Below, one piece after another: positions 1 to 9,032 of a stretch of DNA of 32,287 bases. Numbering within the stretch: the first letter of the stretch is position 1; every line of letters begins with the position of its first letter. Below the pieces are notes generated by a model. It was not told the DNA's origin. It saw nothing but the letters and a program-made list of their open reading frames with translations, and ran no database searches. The DNA lies in assembly GCA_036444275.1 (NCBI GenBank), contig JAZGAD010000041.1, forward strand, positions 1-32,287, given 5' to 3'. This stretch comes from Candidatus Hydrothermarchaeales archaeon. GTDB taxonomy: Archaea; Hydrothermarchaeota; Hydrothermarchaeia; Hydrothermarchaeales; JAZGAD01. The translations under genes and the position numbers were made by a program.

Positions 1-717
1 CTCTACCTCTACCTTTGTTTCTTGGAATGCAGTGATCTCTTCTTGACTCCCTGTTATTAGGTAGTCGTTCACTGTCATCAGTTGCTCCCAGATGAGGTTC
101 ATGTCGTTGTTGGAGAAACTCATCTTGACCGCTTTTTCAAGCATTTTTACTCCGGCGGCGTCCATTTCTTCCATCTTCTCCCCGGCCTTTGGCCTGCTCT
201 CTATTTGCTGTTGCTGTGCTTCCATTAGGTTTAGTGCGGCGTCGGCGTATTGTTCGTGGTATGCACCGGCTTCTCTTGTCAGCGTAGCTATCTCAGAGTC
301 TGCTGCCACAGCGACTATAGTACTGTCTTGGAGTCCGTCTTTTATCCACATCGCGCCTGAGGCGCTGGTTTTGAATTGGTCGCTGTCTGTGCCGTATAGG
401 ATTGCGTCGTGCCACATGTCGAAGTCTTCGACATACTCTTTGAATTCTGCTTCGATCTCTGCGAGTTCTGTTTGATCCTCAGTCAATAGGTACTCGCCCA
501 TGGCGTCTCTGCCTGAGATCACCGCAATCGTCGCCTCCATACTGGCATCTGCAATCGGTACTTTCTCATCCAGGACGAGGTCTCCGGCGGCTCCTACGCT
601 GTTTAGGCTTGTGATGCCGATTGCACCGGTTACTGCCACTAAAAAGGCGAGTATCATAAAACCGAGCAGTAGTTTTTTGCCTATTTTCATACCCTTAATT
701 CTATTTGTAATACCCAT
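1..717 (-). CDS. Membrane sensor with N-terminal TM helix and four-helix-bundle (4HB_MCP-like) domain; probable methyl-accepting chemotaxis protein or sensor kinase, truncated at the window edge
   Basis: Not in the ORF track. Manual translation from ATG 717 gives MGITNRIKGMKIGKKLLLGFMILAFLVAVTGAIGITSLNSVGAAGDLVLDEKVPIADASMEATIAVISGRDAMGEYLL..., open to position 1. 'KIGKKLLLGF' followed by a TM helix is the typical MCP/4HB start. SD AGGAGGTGA at 722-730. Confidence 0.8.
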   Translation of the reverse strand, partial: MGITNRIKGMKIGKKLLLGFMILAFLVAVTGAIGITSLNSVGAAGDLVLDEKVPIADASMEATIAVISGRDAMGEYLLTEDQTELAEIEAEFKEYVEDFDMWHDAILYGTDSDQFKTSASGAMWIKDGLQDSTIVAVAADSEIATLTREAGAYHEQYADAALNLMEAQQQQIESRPKAGEKMEEMDAAGVKMLEKAVKMSFSNNDMNLIWEQLMTVNDYLITGSQEEITAFQETKVEVE

Positions 718-756
718 ATCTTCACCTCCTCTTATCTCCACCTCTTTTTGTATCTT

Positions 757-999
757 TTATCCCCTCAACTCTCCTAATCTTCTTCTCTTTCGCTCCAATC
801 TCCGTCGCTCCATTTTCTCTAGTATGGAGTCTGTCCTCTCTTGGGCTTGTCGCAGGCGATCCCTGACGCTCGCTTGAAGGAGAATCAACTCTGCATCTGA
901 AAGGCCGAAGACACCATTTATGCTAACCCCTGATACGATGTCGTTTCCTACGATTGAAGCGTTCGCAGGATGCTTCTTGAGTCCTAGCTCTACAGCCAT
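757..999 (-). CDS. Hypothetical 80-aa protein with a basic, helical C-terminus
   Basis: ATG preceded by a perfect SD (GAGGAGGTGA); co-oriented with and 39 nt upstream of the receptor gene; no recognisable family. Confidence 0.6.
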   Translation of the reverse strand: MAVELGLKKHPANASIVGNDIVSGVSINGVFGLSDAELILLQASVRDRLRQAQERTDSILEKMERRRLERKRRRLGELRG

Positions 1000-1020
1000 A
1001 TCTTTTCACCTCCTCTTATT

Positions 1021-1132
1021 TTCAATATTCGAAGCATCTTTTCACAGCCACCTACTGCGATTCGATTGAGTCAGATGCCTCGCTCACTCCGATTTTAACA
1101 AGATTAAGTAAGTCTTTACCATAGTATCAATA
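1021..1132 (-). promoter_or_regulatory. Leader/promoter element, copy A (conserved stem-loop plus upstream 19-bp box)
   Basis: 1021-1043 is identical to 1831-1853. Inverted repeat at 1031-1039/1073-1081. Box 1114-1132 matches 1942-1960 at 17/19. Confidence 0.55.
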
Positions 1133-1240
1133 CAGATACAAAAAATAGGTAAAATGAAGGTAAAAATAGTAAAGAAAAAGGGTGGAAGCGTTGGTTGCCT
1201 TCTTTTATCTCGGCCTATATAGGCATATTTTTAATCACTC

Positions 1241-1525
1241 TTATGCTAATTTGTATAATTGATAGACTGCCATACCCAGTAAGATCGTGGCTATTCCTTC
1301 AAGACTCTCAGCAATCGCCAGTACGCCCGGGGCATTCTCGAAATATATTTCTGAGATGTGGTGAATTCCGAATAACAAAGCACTCAAACCTATATAGATA
1401 GTTGTATTAGTAAGGAGGCCTGAACTGTCCATTCTTCTATAGAGTTTAATGGCGTAGAGCATAATGAGAATACTAAGAATAAAACTTGCCCAAAAACTCG
1501 TGAGTACAACAAGGTGTTCGCTCAT
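1241..1525 (-). CDS. Small 3-TM membrane protein
   Basis: Three hydrophobic segments; ATGA overlap with the upstream ORF; 'LFGIHHISE' motif in TM2. Confidence 0.8.
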   Translation of the reverse strand: MSEHLVVLTSFWASFILSILIMLYAIKLYRRMDSSGLLTNTTIYIGLSALLFGIHHISEIYFENAPGVLAIAESLEGIATILLGMAVYQLYKLA

Positions 1526-1809
1526 GATTCATCACCCAGCTTTTGAGTAGTAATGTCGATTATTACCAGCGTGAATCCAAGTAATAAGGTTGCAACTAAC
1601 GATGTAACTGCATATAATTCTCTACCCAATCCAGCCACTTCAATACCTGCATGAACTACAAAAACAAGGCCGGTAACAAGAAGTAGTAATGAAGACCAAT
1701 ATAGTGTGCCTCCCTTCAATTTTTTTGCAGTTATGGAAGCAAGGATTACTGTTATTACGCCGACAACTAGGCCAATGCCAGCAATCAAATACTCAATGTT
1801 AGATAGCAT
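1522..1809 (-). CDS. Small 3-TM membrane protein, probable paralogue of the downstream gene
   Basis: Three hydrophobic segments; 'VFVVHAGIE' at the equivalent position; SD-like AAGGTA upstream. Confidence 0.8.
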   Translation of the reverse strand: MLSNIEYLIAGIGLVVGVITVILASITAKKLKGGTLYWSSLLLLVTGLVFVVHAGIEVAGLGRELYAVTSLVATLLLGFTLVIIDITTQKLGDES

Positions 1810-1830
1810 GTCGTTTACCTTCTTTTTATC

Positions 1831-1960
1831 TTCAATATTCGAAGCATCTTTTCGCTCCTAATAGGGGACAGCCACTCAGTTTGAACGAGATCGATGCCTC
1901 TTTTAATTCAAATTCAATATACCCCTTTTTTCTATTATAGCCTTTACTATAATATCAATA
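1831..1960 (-). promoter_or_regulatory. Leader/promoter element, copy B
   Basis: Shares the 23-nt block, ACAGCCAC, GATGCCTC and the 19-bp box with copy A. Inverted repeat at 1841-1848/1893-1900. Confidence 0.55.
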
Positions 1961-1990
1961 TAACGTAAAAATATCTAAAAGAATGGTAAA

Positions 1991-4900
1991 TTATAGGAGG
2001 CGTTTGCCCTGTTCTGTTACTTCTAAGAGTTTACGTCTGCCCTTCCTGGATTCTTTTATCAAGCCATTATTCTTCAGTATTCGTATCCTTTTTATCACCG
2101 TGGGCTTACTCAAATTAAGCCCCTTCAAGATGTCGGTGACACTGGGCATCCTTCCAGCGCTGTTTTGTTCATAGATGAAGGCCAGGAGTTCCATTTCACC
2201 CTCGGACAGGGATATCTTGCTCCTAAGCTCCACTTCCCTCGTTTCTTCTTCCAAGATAGCTAATTGTTCTTCCCCCAGCGCCCTTGGATCCATAGAGACT
2301 AGGAGTATGGCATCCCTCCCGTAGAAGAGGTCCACTAGTTCTTGGATGAAGACCACTGACTCCCTGAATCCCTTCTGGAGTATCATATACTCGAATCTGT
2401 CGAGGAGGACAACTGTGTCCATCACTAAGTGATCCCTAATTACTTGCATGATATCCGTGAAATTTGGGGGCACAGTATTCTCGCCGTGGGTACTGCTCAT
2501 CCAGAATACCTTGGAGTCCTCACCCAGCCTTTGCTTGAGGCTCTCAGGCCTGCGCCTCGTTATAACTAATCCGGAATATCCATAGTTTAGTAAGTCCCGG
2601 TATACGTCCACTGTTTTGGCTACATCCAGGTCCTTAACAAGGTAGACCTCACCGTTACGCATATCGTATACCCTCTTATGTTCCATGAGTTTTCGCTCCC
2701 TGGCCTTTACTTCGGTTATATCTGTCAGTACTAGGAGCGAACCCGTATAGGCGTCTTCCTCGAAGAGGGGGGTAGCGCTGACGATGACAGGTATCTCCAT
2801 GTCTTTCCGTGTGGTCATGGCGCACTCGAATTTGTTCGTCTTTCCTTGGCTCCATTCTTGGCTCTTCTTTTCCATCTCGCCATGGAGGCCCTTGGGCGCG
2901 AGCTTCGTCCAGTGTACTCCAACTAGCGTATTATCTGGATATCCAAGCATAGTCGTACACTTGGGGTTGAAGTAGGTTATATGTCCATTGGAGTCGAGCA
3001 TGAGGATGCCCTCTTCCATGCTATGGACGATGTTCTCGTTGAACTCCTTCAGCCTCATTAGCTCAATGGTGCGCTCCTCCACCTTCTCCTCAAGGACTTT
3101 ACTTATTCGGCTTTTCTCCAAAGCCAAGCCCACCTGGTCCCCGAAGTAAGCCAACCTGGAAGCGTCCTCAGCAGTGAGTTCCTCGTGGCTGCCCACTCCT
3201 ATTACGCCCACTACCTTATCGCCGGCCAACAAGGGTACCCCTATCCCCCATTGGGCACCTGATACTTTGGCGATGGTTTTGGCCAGAGCTCTAATGACAG
3301 GCTTGTCTGTATGACTTTTCACCACTCCTTCTATATCCGTTGTGATCAACGGTCGCTTGGTCTTGACTATCTTGGTAATTGCGCTGCCCTTAAAGAGGGG
3401 TGGGGAGTAGTTTAGGGCGGTTACACCTGTAAGTTTCTCTATTTTTTTCACTATTTTTGAGTCCGTATGATAGCTCTTGCATATCATGTGCGTCCCCTCT
3501 TCATTTAAGATATAGATGCCAATTATATGATAATGGAATATACTGATGAGGCTCTCCGTAATAAGCTTGTATACCTCCCCCGCTGGAGCTCCGGAATTCA
3601 GCAGGTTATTCACCTTTTGCAGCAGGCCAAGTTCATCAGTCCTTTCATGCAGCGCAGTATATAGTTGAACCTTATTAATTGCTAAAGATACTTCATTTCC
3701 GAAGAAGGCCAGCCTATCGACGTCTTCTTCTGTCAGCTCTTTCTTCCTGCCGCATCCTATCACTCCAATTACTTCATTGTTGGCTATGAGGGGCACTCCC
3801 ATCCCCCATTTCACCCCGGAGAGTTTGGCTACAACTGGGGCGAGTGCCTGCAGTGCTTTCTTGTCTGTATAGCTCCTAATCACCCAAGCAACATCTGGGG
3901 TGATCACTGGCTTCTTCTTTTTAACAATCTCATTCAAGATGCTCCCCTTGTAGAGCGGGATTACGAGACCGCTGGCTTTTACTCTCGTCGCATCCTCGAT
4001 TTTCCTGGCTATTTTAGAGGGAGCATAATAGGCCTTGAGTACTAAGTGTTTTTTCTCCTTGTCTAGTAGGTGTATGGCAGTGAGGTCATAGCCAAATACA
4101 TATGCGAGCCCCTCTACGATTGTCTGAAACACCTCCTCCAATGGTGTCCCTATATTCAGCATCTCGTTAATTCGTTGCAAAAGGAGCAGTTCTGTGTTGA
4201 CAGTCTTTAATTCACGGGTCCTTTCTTCGACCTTTTGTTCCAGATGCTCAGAGTATTCTTCCAGTTTCTCTTCCATTTGCTTGCGCTTGGTGATGTCCCT
4301 TCCGATCGATTCGAAATAGAGTGTTTTACCTTTTTCATCTGTTATTGGAATTATGGTATACTCAAGAATAATTTTATGACCGTCTTTCGTTATCCAGCCA
4401 AGGACAGCGTTTTTTATTGGTTTTTTGGTGGTATTAATTTCTTCCATAATTTCTTTTTGCTTTTCTATATAATCGGGGTGGATTATTTTATATCCAAGAG
4501 TAGGGTCAGCCACCCACTCTGCTTGTGAATATCCCAATAGGCGCTCGGCAGCGGGATTCGCATAGATAACATGTCCTCCTTTGGCCTCCACTCTGAAAAT
4601 GACTTCATCGGCATTATCTGTTATCCGGTCATAGTTTTCCTTTATCTCTTTCATCTCATTCGCAGCTTGCTTGCGCTTGGTGATGTCGTCAAACACTGCA
4701 ACAAAATATTCTTTTTTTGGACTATATACAGAGATAGAAAGCCACATTTCTAAAGGCTCAAAATAGATATCGAATTTAGTCTCTTTTCCAGTTAGAGCAA
4801 CTTTTCCATAGATGTCGAATAATTCTGGATGTGTGTCTTTAATGCCTGGTATTGCTTCGGTAACTTTTTTCCCAACTACGTCTTCTTTTTTTAGCCCTGT

Positions 4901-5443
4901 TAGTCTTTCAAAAGAATCGTTGACTTCGAGATAAACAAAGTCTATTGGGTGATCATTTTTATCTAATAAGATTTTGCAATAAGCAAAACCATCGAGCATA
5001 TTATCAAACAATGAACGGTATTTGGACTCGCTCTCCCGCAGTGCCTCATCCGTTACCTTGCGCGCCTGTTCTAGACGGTGTTTATCTAACGTCTCCTCCA
5101 ACCGGTGGACCACTTTTTCAATGACTAGAGGCTTGACGAAGTATCCGTTGGCGCCGTCCTTTAAGGCATCAATCGCGTTTTCGAGGGTGGCATGCCCGGT
5201 GATGATAATGCACACCATCTCGGGATAGCATTTTTTGAATTCCCTTAAAAGCTCTGCCCCATCCATGTCCGGGAGCTTAATATCAACTAGGGCGGCATCG
5301 AAGGTCGTCTTCTTTGCCTTATTAATAGCTTCACGCCCAGTACTGGCTGTGGCAACGTTGTAGCCCTTCTCTGAGAGTATATCGAGTAGGGTCTCCCGTG
5401 TTCCCTGGTCGTTGTCTATGATCAAAAGCTTAGTTTCAGCCAC
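1991..5443 (-). CDS. Multi-sensor response regulator: REC-PAS-PAS-GAF-GAF-PAS-DUF835(KaiC-like)-winged HTH
   Basis: REC (LLIIDND...LVDIKLPDMDG...IITGH...FVKP). PAS domains ending DITKRKQ (twice) and DITEVK. Two homologous GAF repeats (WGMGVPL/WGIGVPL). DUF835-like 'GYSGLVITRRRPE...VFWMS...VVLLDRFEYMIL'. C-terminal HTH 'LSKPTVIKRIRILKNNGLI...GRRK'. Start moved from GTG 5452 to GTG 5443 because the SD GAGGTGA lies at 5450-5456. Confidence 0.9.
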   Translation of the reverse strand: MAETKLLIIDNDQGTRETLLDILSEKGYNVATASTGREAINKAKKTTFDAALVDIKLPDMDGAELLREFKKCYPEMVCIIITGHATLENAIDALKDGANGYFVKPLVIEKVVHRLEETLDKHRLEQARKVTDEALRESESKYRSLFDNMLDGFAYCKILLDKNDHPIDFVYLEVNDSFERLTGLKKEDVVGKKVTEAIPGIKDTHPELFDIYGKVALTGKETKFDIYFEPLEMWLSISVYSPKKEYFVAVFDDITKRKQAANEMKEIKENYDRITDNADEVIFRVEAKGGHVIYANPAAERLLGYSQAEWVADPTLGYKIIHPDYIEKQKEIMEEINTTKKPIKNAVLGWITKDGHKIILEYTIIPITDEKGKTLYFESIGRDITKRKQMEEKLEEYSEHLEQKVEERTRELKTVNTELLLLQRINEMLNIGTPLEEVFQTIVEGLAYVFGYDLTAIHLLDKEKKHLVLKAYYAPSKIARKIEDATRVKASGLVIPLYKGSILNEIVKKKKPVITPDVAWVIRSYTDKKALQALAPVVAKLSGVKWGMGVPLIANNEVIGVIGCGRKKELTEEDVDRLAFFGNEVSLAINKVQLYTALHERTDELGLLQKVNNLLNSGAPAGEVYKLITESLISIFHYHIIGIYILNEEGTHMICKSYHTDSKIVKKIEKLTGVTALNYSPPLFKGSAITKIVKTKRPLITTDIEGVVKSHTDKPVIRALAKTIAKVSGAQWGIGVPLLAGDKVVGVIGVGSHEELTAEDASRLAYFGDQVGLALEKSRISKVLEEKVEERTIELMRLKEFNENIVHSMEEGILMLDSNGHITYFNPKCTTMLGYPDNTLVGVHWTKLAPKGLHGEMEKKSQEWSQGKTNKFECAMTTRKDMEIPVIVSATPLFEEDAYTGSLLVLTDITEVKARERKLMEHKRVYDMRNGEVYLVKDLDVAKTVDVYRDLLNYGYSGLVITRRRPESLKQRLGEDSKVFWMSSTHGENTVPPNFTDIMQVIRDHLVMDTVVLLDRFEYMILQKGFRESVVFIQELVDLFYGRDAILLVSMDPRALGEEQLAILEEETREVELRSKISLSEGEMELLAFIYEQNSAGRMPSVTDILKGLNLSKPTVIKRIRILKNNGLIKESRKGRRKLLEVTEQGKRLL
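4277..4687. repeat. 21-bp perfect direct repeat (4277-4297 and 4667-4687) bracketing the second PAS module
   Basis: TTGCTTGCGCTTGGTGATGTC occurs twice, 390 bp apart; both copies encode DITKRKQ. Confidence 0.9.
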
Positions 5444-5603
5444 GCCTGTCACCTCTATGGCAGGTCATGGACGGAGCGTGCCAGACGATGTTGTCTCCTA
5501 GTTTGATCCCTTCTAAGAGGGAATCTAGTGTAATGATCCCTGTAGAAAGAAACATCTCTTTCTCCAAGTCCTCCACGTTGGGTGCATTATCTGAGGATGT
5601 CAA
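5436..5603 (-). pseudogene. Truncated N-terminal fragment of a KaiC/RecA-superfamily domain
   Basis: 'FLSTGIITLDSLLEGIKLGDNIVW' matches the STG..LD.LL.G start of KaiC/RAD55-like domains, but the ORF stops ~13 codons later, overlapping the regulator start. Confidence 0.6.
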
Positions 5604-5863
5604 GACTCCGCCTTTTCCGCCACCCCGTAGACTACCACCTTTATAGGATATGGATATTATCACTACTCGTTCTTAAATTTTACTTTCAACCAAATTTAAA
5701 AAAATTAAATTATTTTATACTCATCTCCAGCATTGAACGTTTTTCTCTTTACCTCCTCTTGCCCTCACCACAGGGATTATTCCCATAATGTTTTAGATTA
5801 CTAGTAATATAAATACTTTATTCATATATCAAGTAAACAGATGGGATTAGTTAGGGGGTACGT

Positions 5864-6046
5864 ATGAAAGAAGAGATACTGGCTAAGAACATCAAGAAGG
5901 TCAACAGGTGGGGAGCTGGGCTGGCTGTCTTCGTAACCAAGGAAGTAAAGGCCTTTGGATGGAACGACAAGACCTATGTTATCGTTTCTGCTATAAGGGA
6001 CGATGAAGGGGAGAAGATAGTGATCCGGAAGGCAGTAATCAGTTGA
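5864..6046 (+). CDS. AbrB/MazE/SpoVT-like small DNA-binding protein
   Basis: 'KKVNRWGAGLAVFVTKEV..FGW...TYVIV...GEKIVIRK' fits the swapped-hairpin pattern; G-rich SD upstream. Confidence 0.7.
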   Translation: MKEEILAKNIKKVNRWGAGLAVFVTKEVKAFGWNDKTYVIVSAIRDDEGEKIVIRKAVIS

Positions 6047-6179
6047 AACGGAGCCCAGCCAAGTCTTGTTGGAAACTTACCCTGCCGTAGAATCGAACCT
6101 CACCCTTAGTGATAGTACCATACGTAGTCTTCTTGCACAAATCCAACCCTATATACCTCACGTCTACCACCCATTTCAT
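6039..6179 (-). mobile_element. Degenerate IS110-family transposase 5' fragment
   Basis: The minus strand reads (V/M)RYIGLDLCKKTTYGTITKGEV from GTG 6161, then after a frameshift ILRQGKFPT. This resembles the 'YIGLDLHK' DEDD N-terminus of IS110 recombinases. Confidence 0.65.
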
Positions 6180-6354
6180 CAATGGCTTGAAAGGGACTTA
6201 AGAAAAAATGCCTCAACATGTCATCCAGTAATATAGACGAACATAAATTTTATATTAAAATCAGATTAAGTTGTTTTGAAATGGATATTCTTTTTTGTAG
6301 AGAGCAAGTAGAGGTGTCTGGTTATTTATCGTGCTCTCTTCCAGAGGTGCTGGG

Positions 6355-7365
6355 ATGGCTACGATAATAGTGGGCGGCCAGTGGGGCGACGAGGGAAAGG
6401 GGAAGATAGTGGCTTATCTCTGCAGGAAAGACAAACCAGATATAGTCGCTAGAGCAGGTGTCGGCCCAAATGCCGGGCACACTGTGGAATTCGAGGGAAA
6501 GAAGTACGGCCTAAGATTAACCCCTTCTGGCTTTGTTTATCCTGGTGCTAGGCTCTTGATAGGGGCCGGCGTGCTCATAAACCCAGACGTGATTCTTAAA
6601 GAGATATCTGACCTAGAGATCCAGGATAGAATCGGTATAGATGCTAGGTGCGGCGTTATAGAGGAGGAGCACATCAAAAGGGACAAGGGATCAAAGCACC
6701 TGTCAGGAAACATAGGGAGTACAGGCACGGGTTGCGGGCCTGCGAATATGGATAGGGCTAATAGAAGCCTCAAGCAGGCTAAAGATGTAGATGTCTTCAA
6801 GCCCTATATCACTGATGTCGCCCTTGATGTAAACCGCGCTTTAGACGGTGGAAAAAAAGTCTACGTGGAGAGTTCCCAGGGCTTCGGCTTATCCCTATTC
6901 TACGGTGCATATCCCTATGTGACCTCCAAGGATACAAGTGCTAGCGCAGCCGCTGTGGACGTTGGCATAGGCCCCAGGCGGGTGAAAGAAGTCATAGTGA
7001 TATTCAAGTCTTTTCCATCCAGGGTTGGTGCCGGGCCCTTTCCTACCAAGCTTTCCCAAGAGGAGGCTGAGAGAATGGGCATTGAAGAATACGGCACGGT
7101 AACAGGTAGGAAGAGGCGCTCTGGTTTATTTGACTTTGAGAGTGCGAAGTATGCGGCAATGGTCAATTCGGCTAGCCAGATAGCTTTAACCTGTTTGGAC
7201 TATGTCGATAAGTCGTGCAGGGGAAGCACTTCCTACGATGATCTGTCTATCAAGGCCAGGAGATTCGTAGAGGATATTGAGGATAAACTGTCTCTACCAG
7301 TAACCCTTATATCTACCGGGCCGGAATTAAATGAGACTATAGATTTGAGGGGTGAAAAGCTGTGA
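6355..7365 (+). CDS. purA: Adenylosuccinate synthetase (short archaeal type)
   Basis: [24 protein letters not shown] and EYGTVTGR motifs. ATG 6355 follows SD GAGGTG (the ORF track starts at 6331). Confidence 0.97.
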   Translation: MATIIVGGQWGDEGKGKIVAYLCRKDKPDIVARAGVGPNAGHTVEFEGKKYGLRLTPSGFVYPGARLLIGAGVLINPDVILKEISDLEIQDRIGIDARCGVIEEEHIKRDKGSKHLSGNIGSTGTGCGPANMDRANRSLKQAKDVDVFKPYITDVALDVNRALDGGKKVYVESSQGFGLSLFYGAYPYVTSKDTSASAAAVDVGIGPRRVKEVIVIFKSFPSRVGAGPFPTKLSQEEAERMGIEEYGTVTGRKRRSGLFDFESAKYAAMVNSASQIALTCLDYVDKSCRGSTSYDDLSIKARRFVEDIEDKLSLPVTLISTGPELNETIDLRGEKL

Positions 7366-9020
7366 CCAAGTACATTATAGTAACTGGAGGCGTACTGTCA
7401 GGCCTGGGTAAGGGTATTGCCACTGCAGCGATAGGTACGATACTCCGTTCCAGGAAGGTGAAAGTGGATATATGCAAGATAGATCCCTACCTCAATGTAG
7501 ACCCAGGATTAATGAATCCATACCAGCACGGTGAAGTCTGGGTAACGAAGGATGGATATGAGGCTGATTTGGATTTCGGGCACTACGAACGCTTCTTGGA
7601 TGTGGAGCTGGATAGGGAGCATAACATTACTACTGGCAAAGTCTATCTCGCTGTTTTGGAAGGGGAACGAAAAGGTGCTTACTTAGGGCAGACTGTACAG
7701 ATCATCCCGCACATAACTGACGAGATAAAGGATGAAATCTACGAGATAGCCCGAGTTAATAATCCAGATGTTCTATTGGTAGAAATCGGCGGAACAACAG
7801 GGGATATAGAGGGCATGCCCTTTCTTGAGGCGCTGCGTCAGATGCGCATGGAGAACGGCAAGGAAAACGTCTTATTCGTTCATGTCACGCTTGTACCGAC
7901 CCTCAAAGCAGTGGGCGAGCAGAAGACCAAGCCTACGCAGCACAGCGTTAAGGAGCTTCGAAGTATTGGAATACAACCGGATATAGTGATATGTAGGACC
8001 CAGGAGCCCCTGCAAGCTAGTACCAGGGCCAAGATCTCTCTCTTCTGCGACGTGGGCAAGATGGACGTGATAAGCAATCACGATGTGGACAGTGTATACG
8101 AGGTGCCCTTGGTTATGGACGAACAGGGCCTTGGAGACAACCTACTAGCTAAGCTCAGCATAAAGGAGAAGGGCTATGACATGAAGGAGTGGAAGGCCTT
8201 TGTGGAGCACAACAAGAATCTGAAGCGAGATGTAAGGATAGCAATTGTTGGAAAATACACTGACCTCCGGGACTCCTATATCAGCATAGTCGAAGCCCTG
8301 AAGCACGCTGGCTATGCTTTAAACGCCAGGGTGGAACCGCTGTGGGTTGAATCGCTAGACCTTGAGGATGACCCATCTATGGTAAAGGTGCTGGAAGATG
8401 CTGATGGCATTCTTGTTCCAGGCGGCTTTGGCAAGCGCGGCTCAGAGGGGAAAATCCTTGCTACTAAGTATTCAAGGGAGAGTGATATTCCTTACCTGGG
8501 GATATGCTTCGGCTTCCAGCTGGCTGCAATAGAATTCGCCAGAAATGCATTGGGTCTAAAAAACGCTAATAGTTCTGAGCTTGATCCTAAGACACCCCAC
8601 CCGGTTATCGATCTCCTGCCTGAACAGAAGGAGATAGAGCAGATGGGAGGTACAATGCGTCTAGGTGAGATACCTTTGGTGATAGAGGATGGCACTCTAG
8701 CCAGTGAGATATACGGGAAGAGAGAAATAGGGGAGCGACATAGGCACCGCTACGAGGTAAACCCGAAGTACATAGAGGAATTCGAGAAACACGGGATGCG
8801 TTTTTCGGCAAAGAGTGACGACGGGCGCAGGATGGAGATCCTAGAGATACCTGAGCACACACATTTCCTCGCCACACAGTTTCATCCAGAATTCAAATCC
8901 CGTCCCCAAAGGCCGGCTCCAGTTTTCAAGGCATTTGTAGAGGCAGCGTTAAACAGAAAGGAGAAACAAGAACATGTTCGATCCGAAGAGCTTCATCCGG
9001 GAATCACTCACGGAGATTAG
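7362..9020 (+). CDS. pyrG: CTP synthase
   Basis: [34 protein letters not shown] nucleophile, [14 protein letters not shown]. Confidence 0.98.
   Translation: MTKYIIVTGGVLSGLGKGIATAAIGTILRSRKVKVDICKIDPYLNVDPGLMNPYQHGEVWVTKDGYEADLDFGHYERFLDVELDREHNITTGKVYLAVLEGERKGAYLGQTVQIIPHITDEIKDEIYEIARVNNPDVLLVEIGGTTGDIEGMPFLEALRQMRMENGKENVLFVHVTLVPTLKAVGEQKTKPTQHSVKELRSIGIQPDIVICRTQEPLQASTRAKISLFCDVGKMDVISNHDVDSVYEVPLVMDEQGLGDNLLAKLSIKEKGYDMKEWKAFVEHNKNLKRDVRIAIVGKYTDLRDSYISIVEALKHAGYALNARVEPLWVESLDLEDDPSMVKVLEDADGILVPGGFGKRGSEGKILATKYSRESDIPYLGICFGFQLAAIEFARNALGLKNANSSELDPKTPHPVIDLLPEQKEIEQMGGTMRLGEIPLVIEDGTLASEIYGKREIGERHRHRYEVNPKYIEEFEKHGMRFSAKSDDGRRMEILEIPEHTHFLATQFHPEFKSRPQRPAPVFKAFVEAALNRKEKQEHVRSEELHPGITHGD
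8974..9020 (+). repeat. 47-bp direct repeat, copy 1 (duplicate of the guaAB 5' end; forms the pyrG 3' end)
   Basis: ATGTTCGATCCGAAGAGCTTCATCCGGGAATCACTCACGGAGATTAG is identical to 10024-10070. Confidence 0.97.
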
Positions 9021-9032
9021 TTATGGTGCGAA

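Noticed and set aside
92-877. Plus-strand ORFs 92-475 and 500-877
   Set aside because: Antisense shadows of the minus-strand receptor gene and the 80-aa ORF.
6075-6105. GGTTCGATTC on the minus strand, resembling a tRNA T-loop
   Set aside because: The T-stem does not pair and no cloverleaf can be built; it lies within the IS110-like coding remnant.
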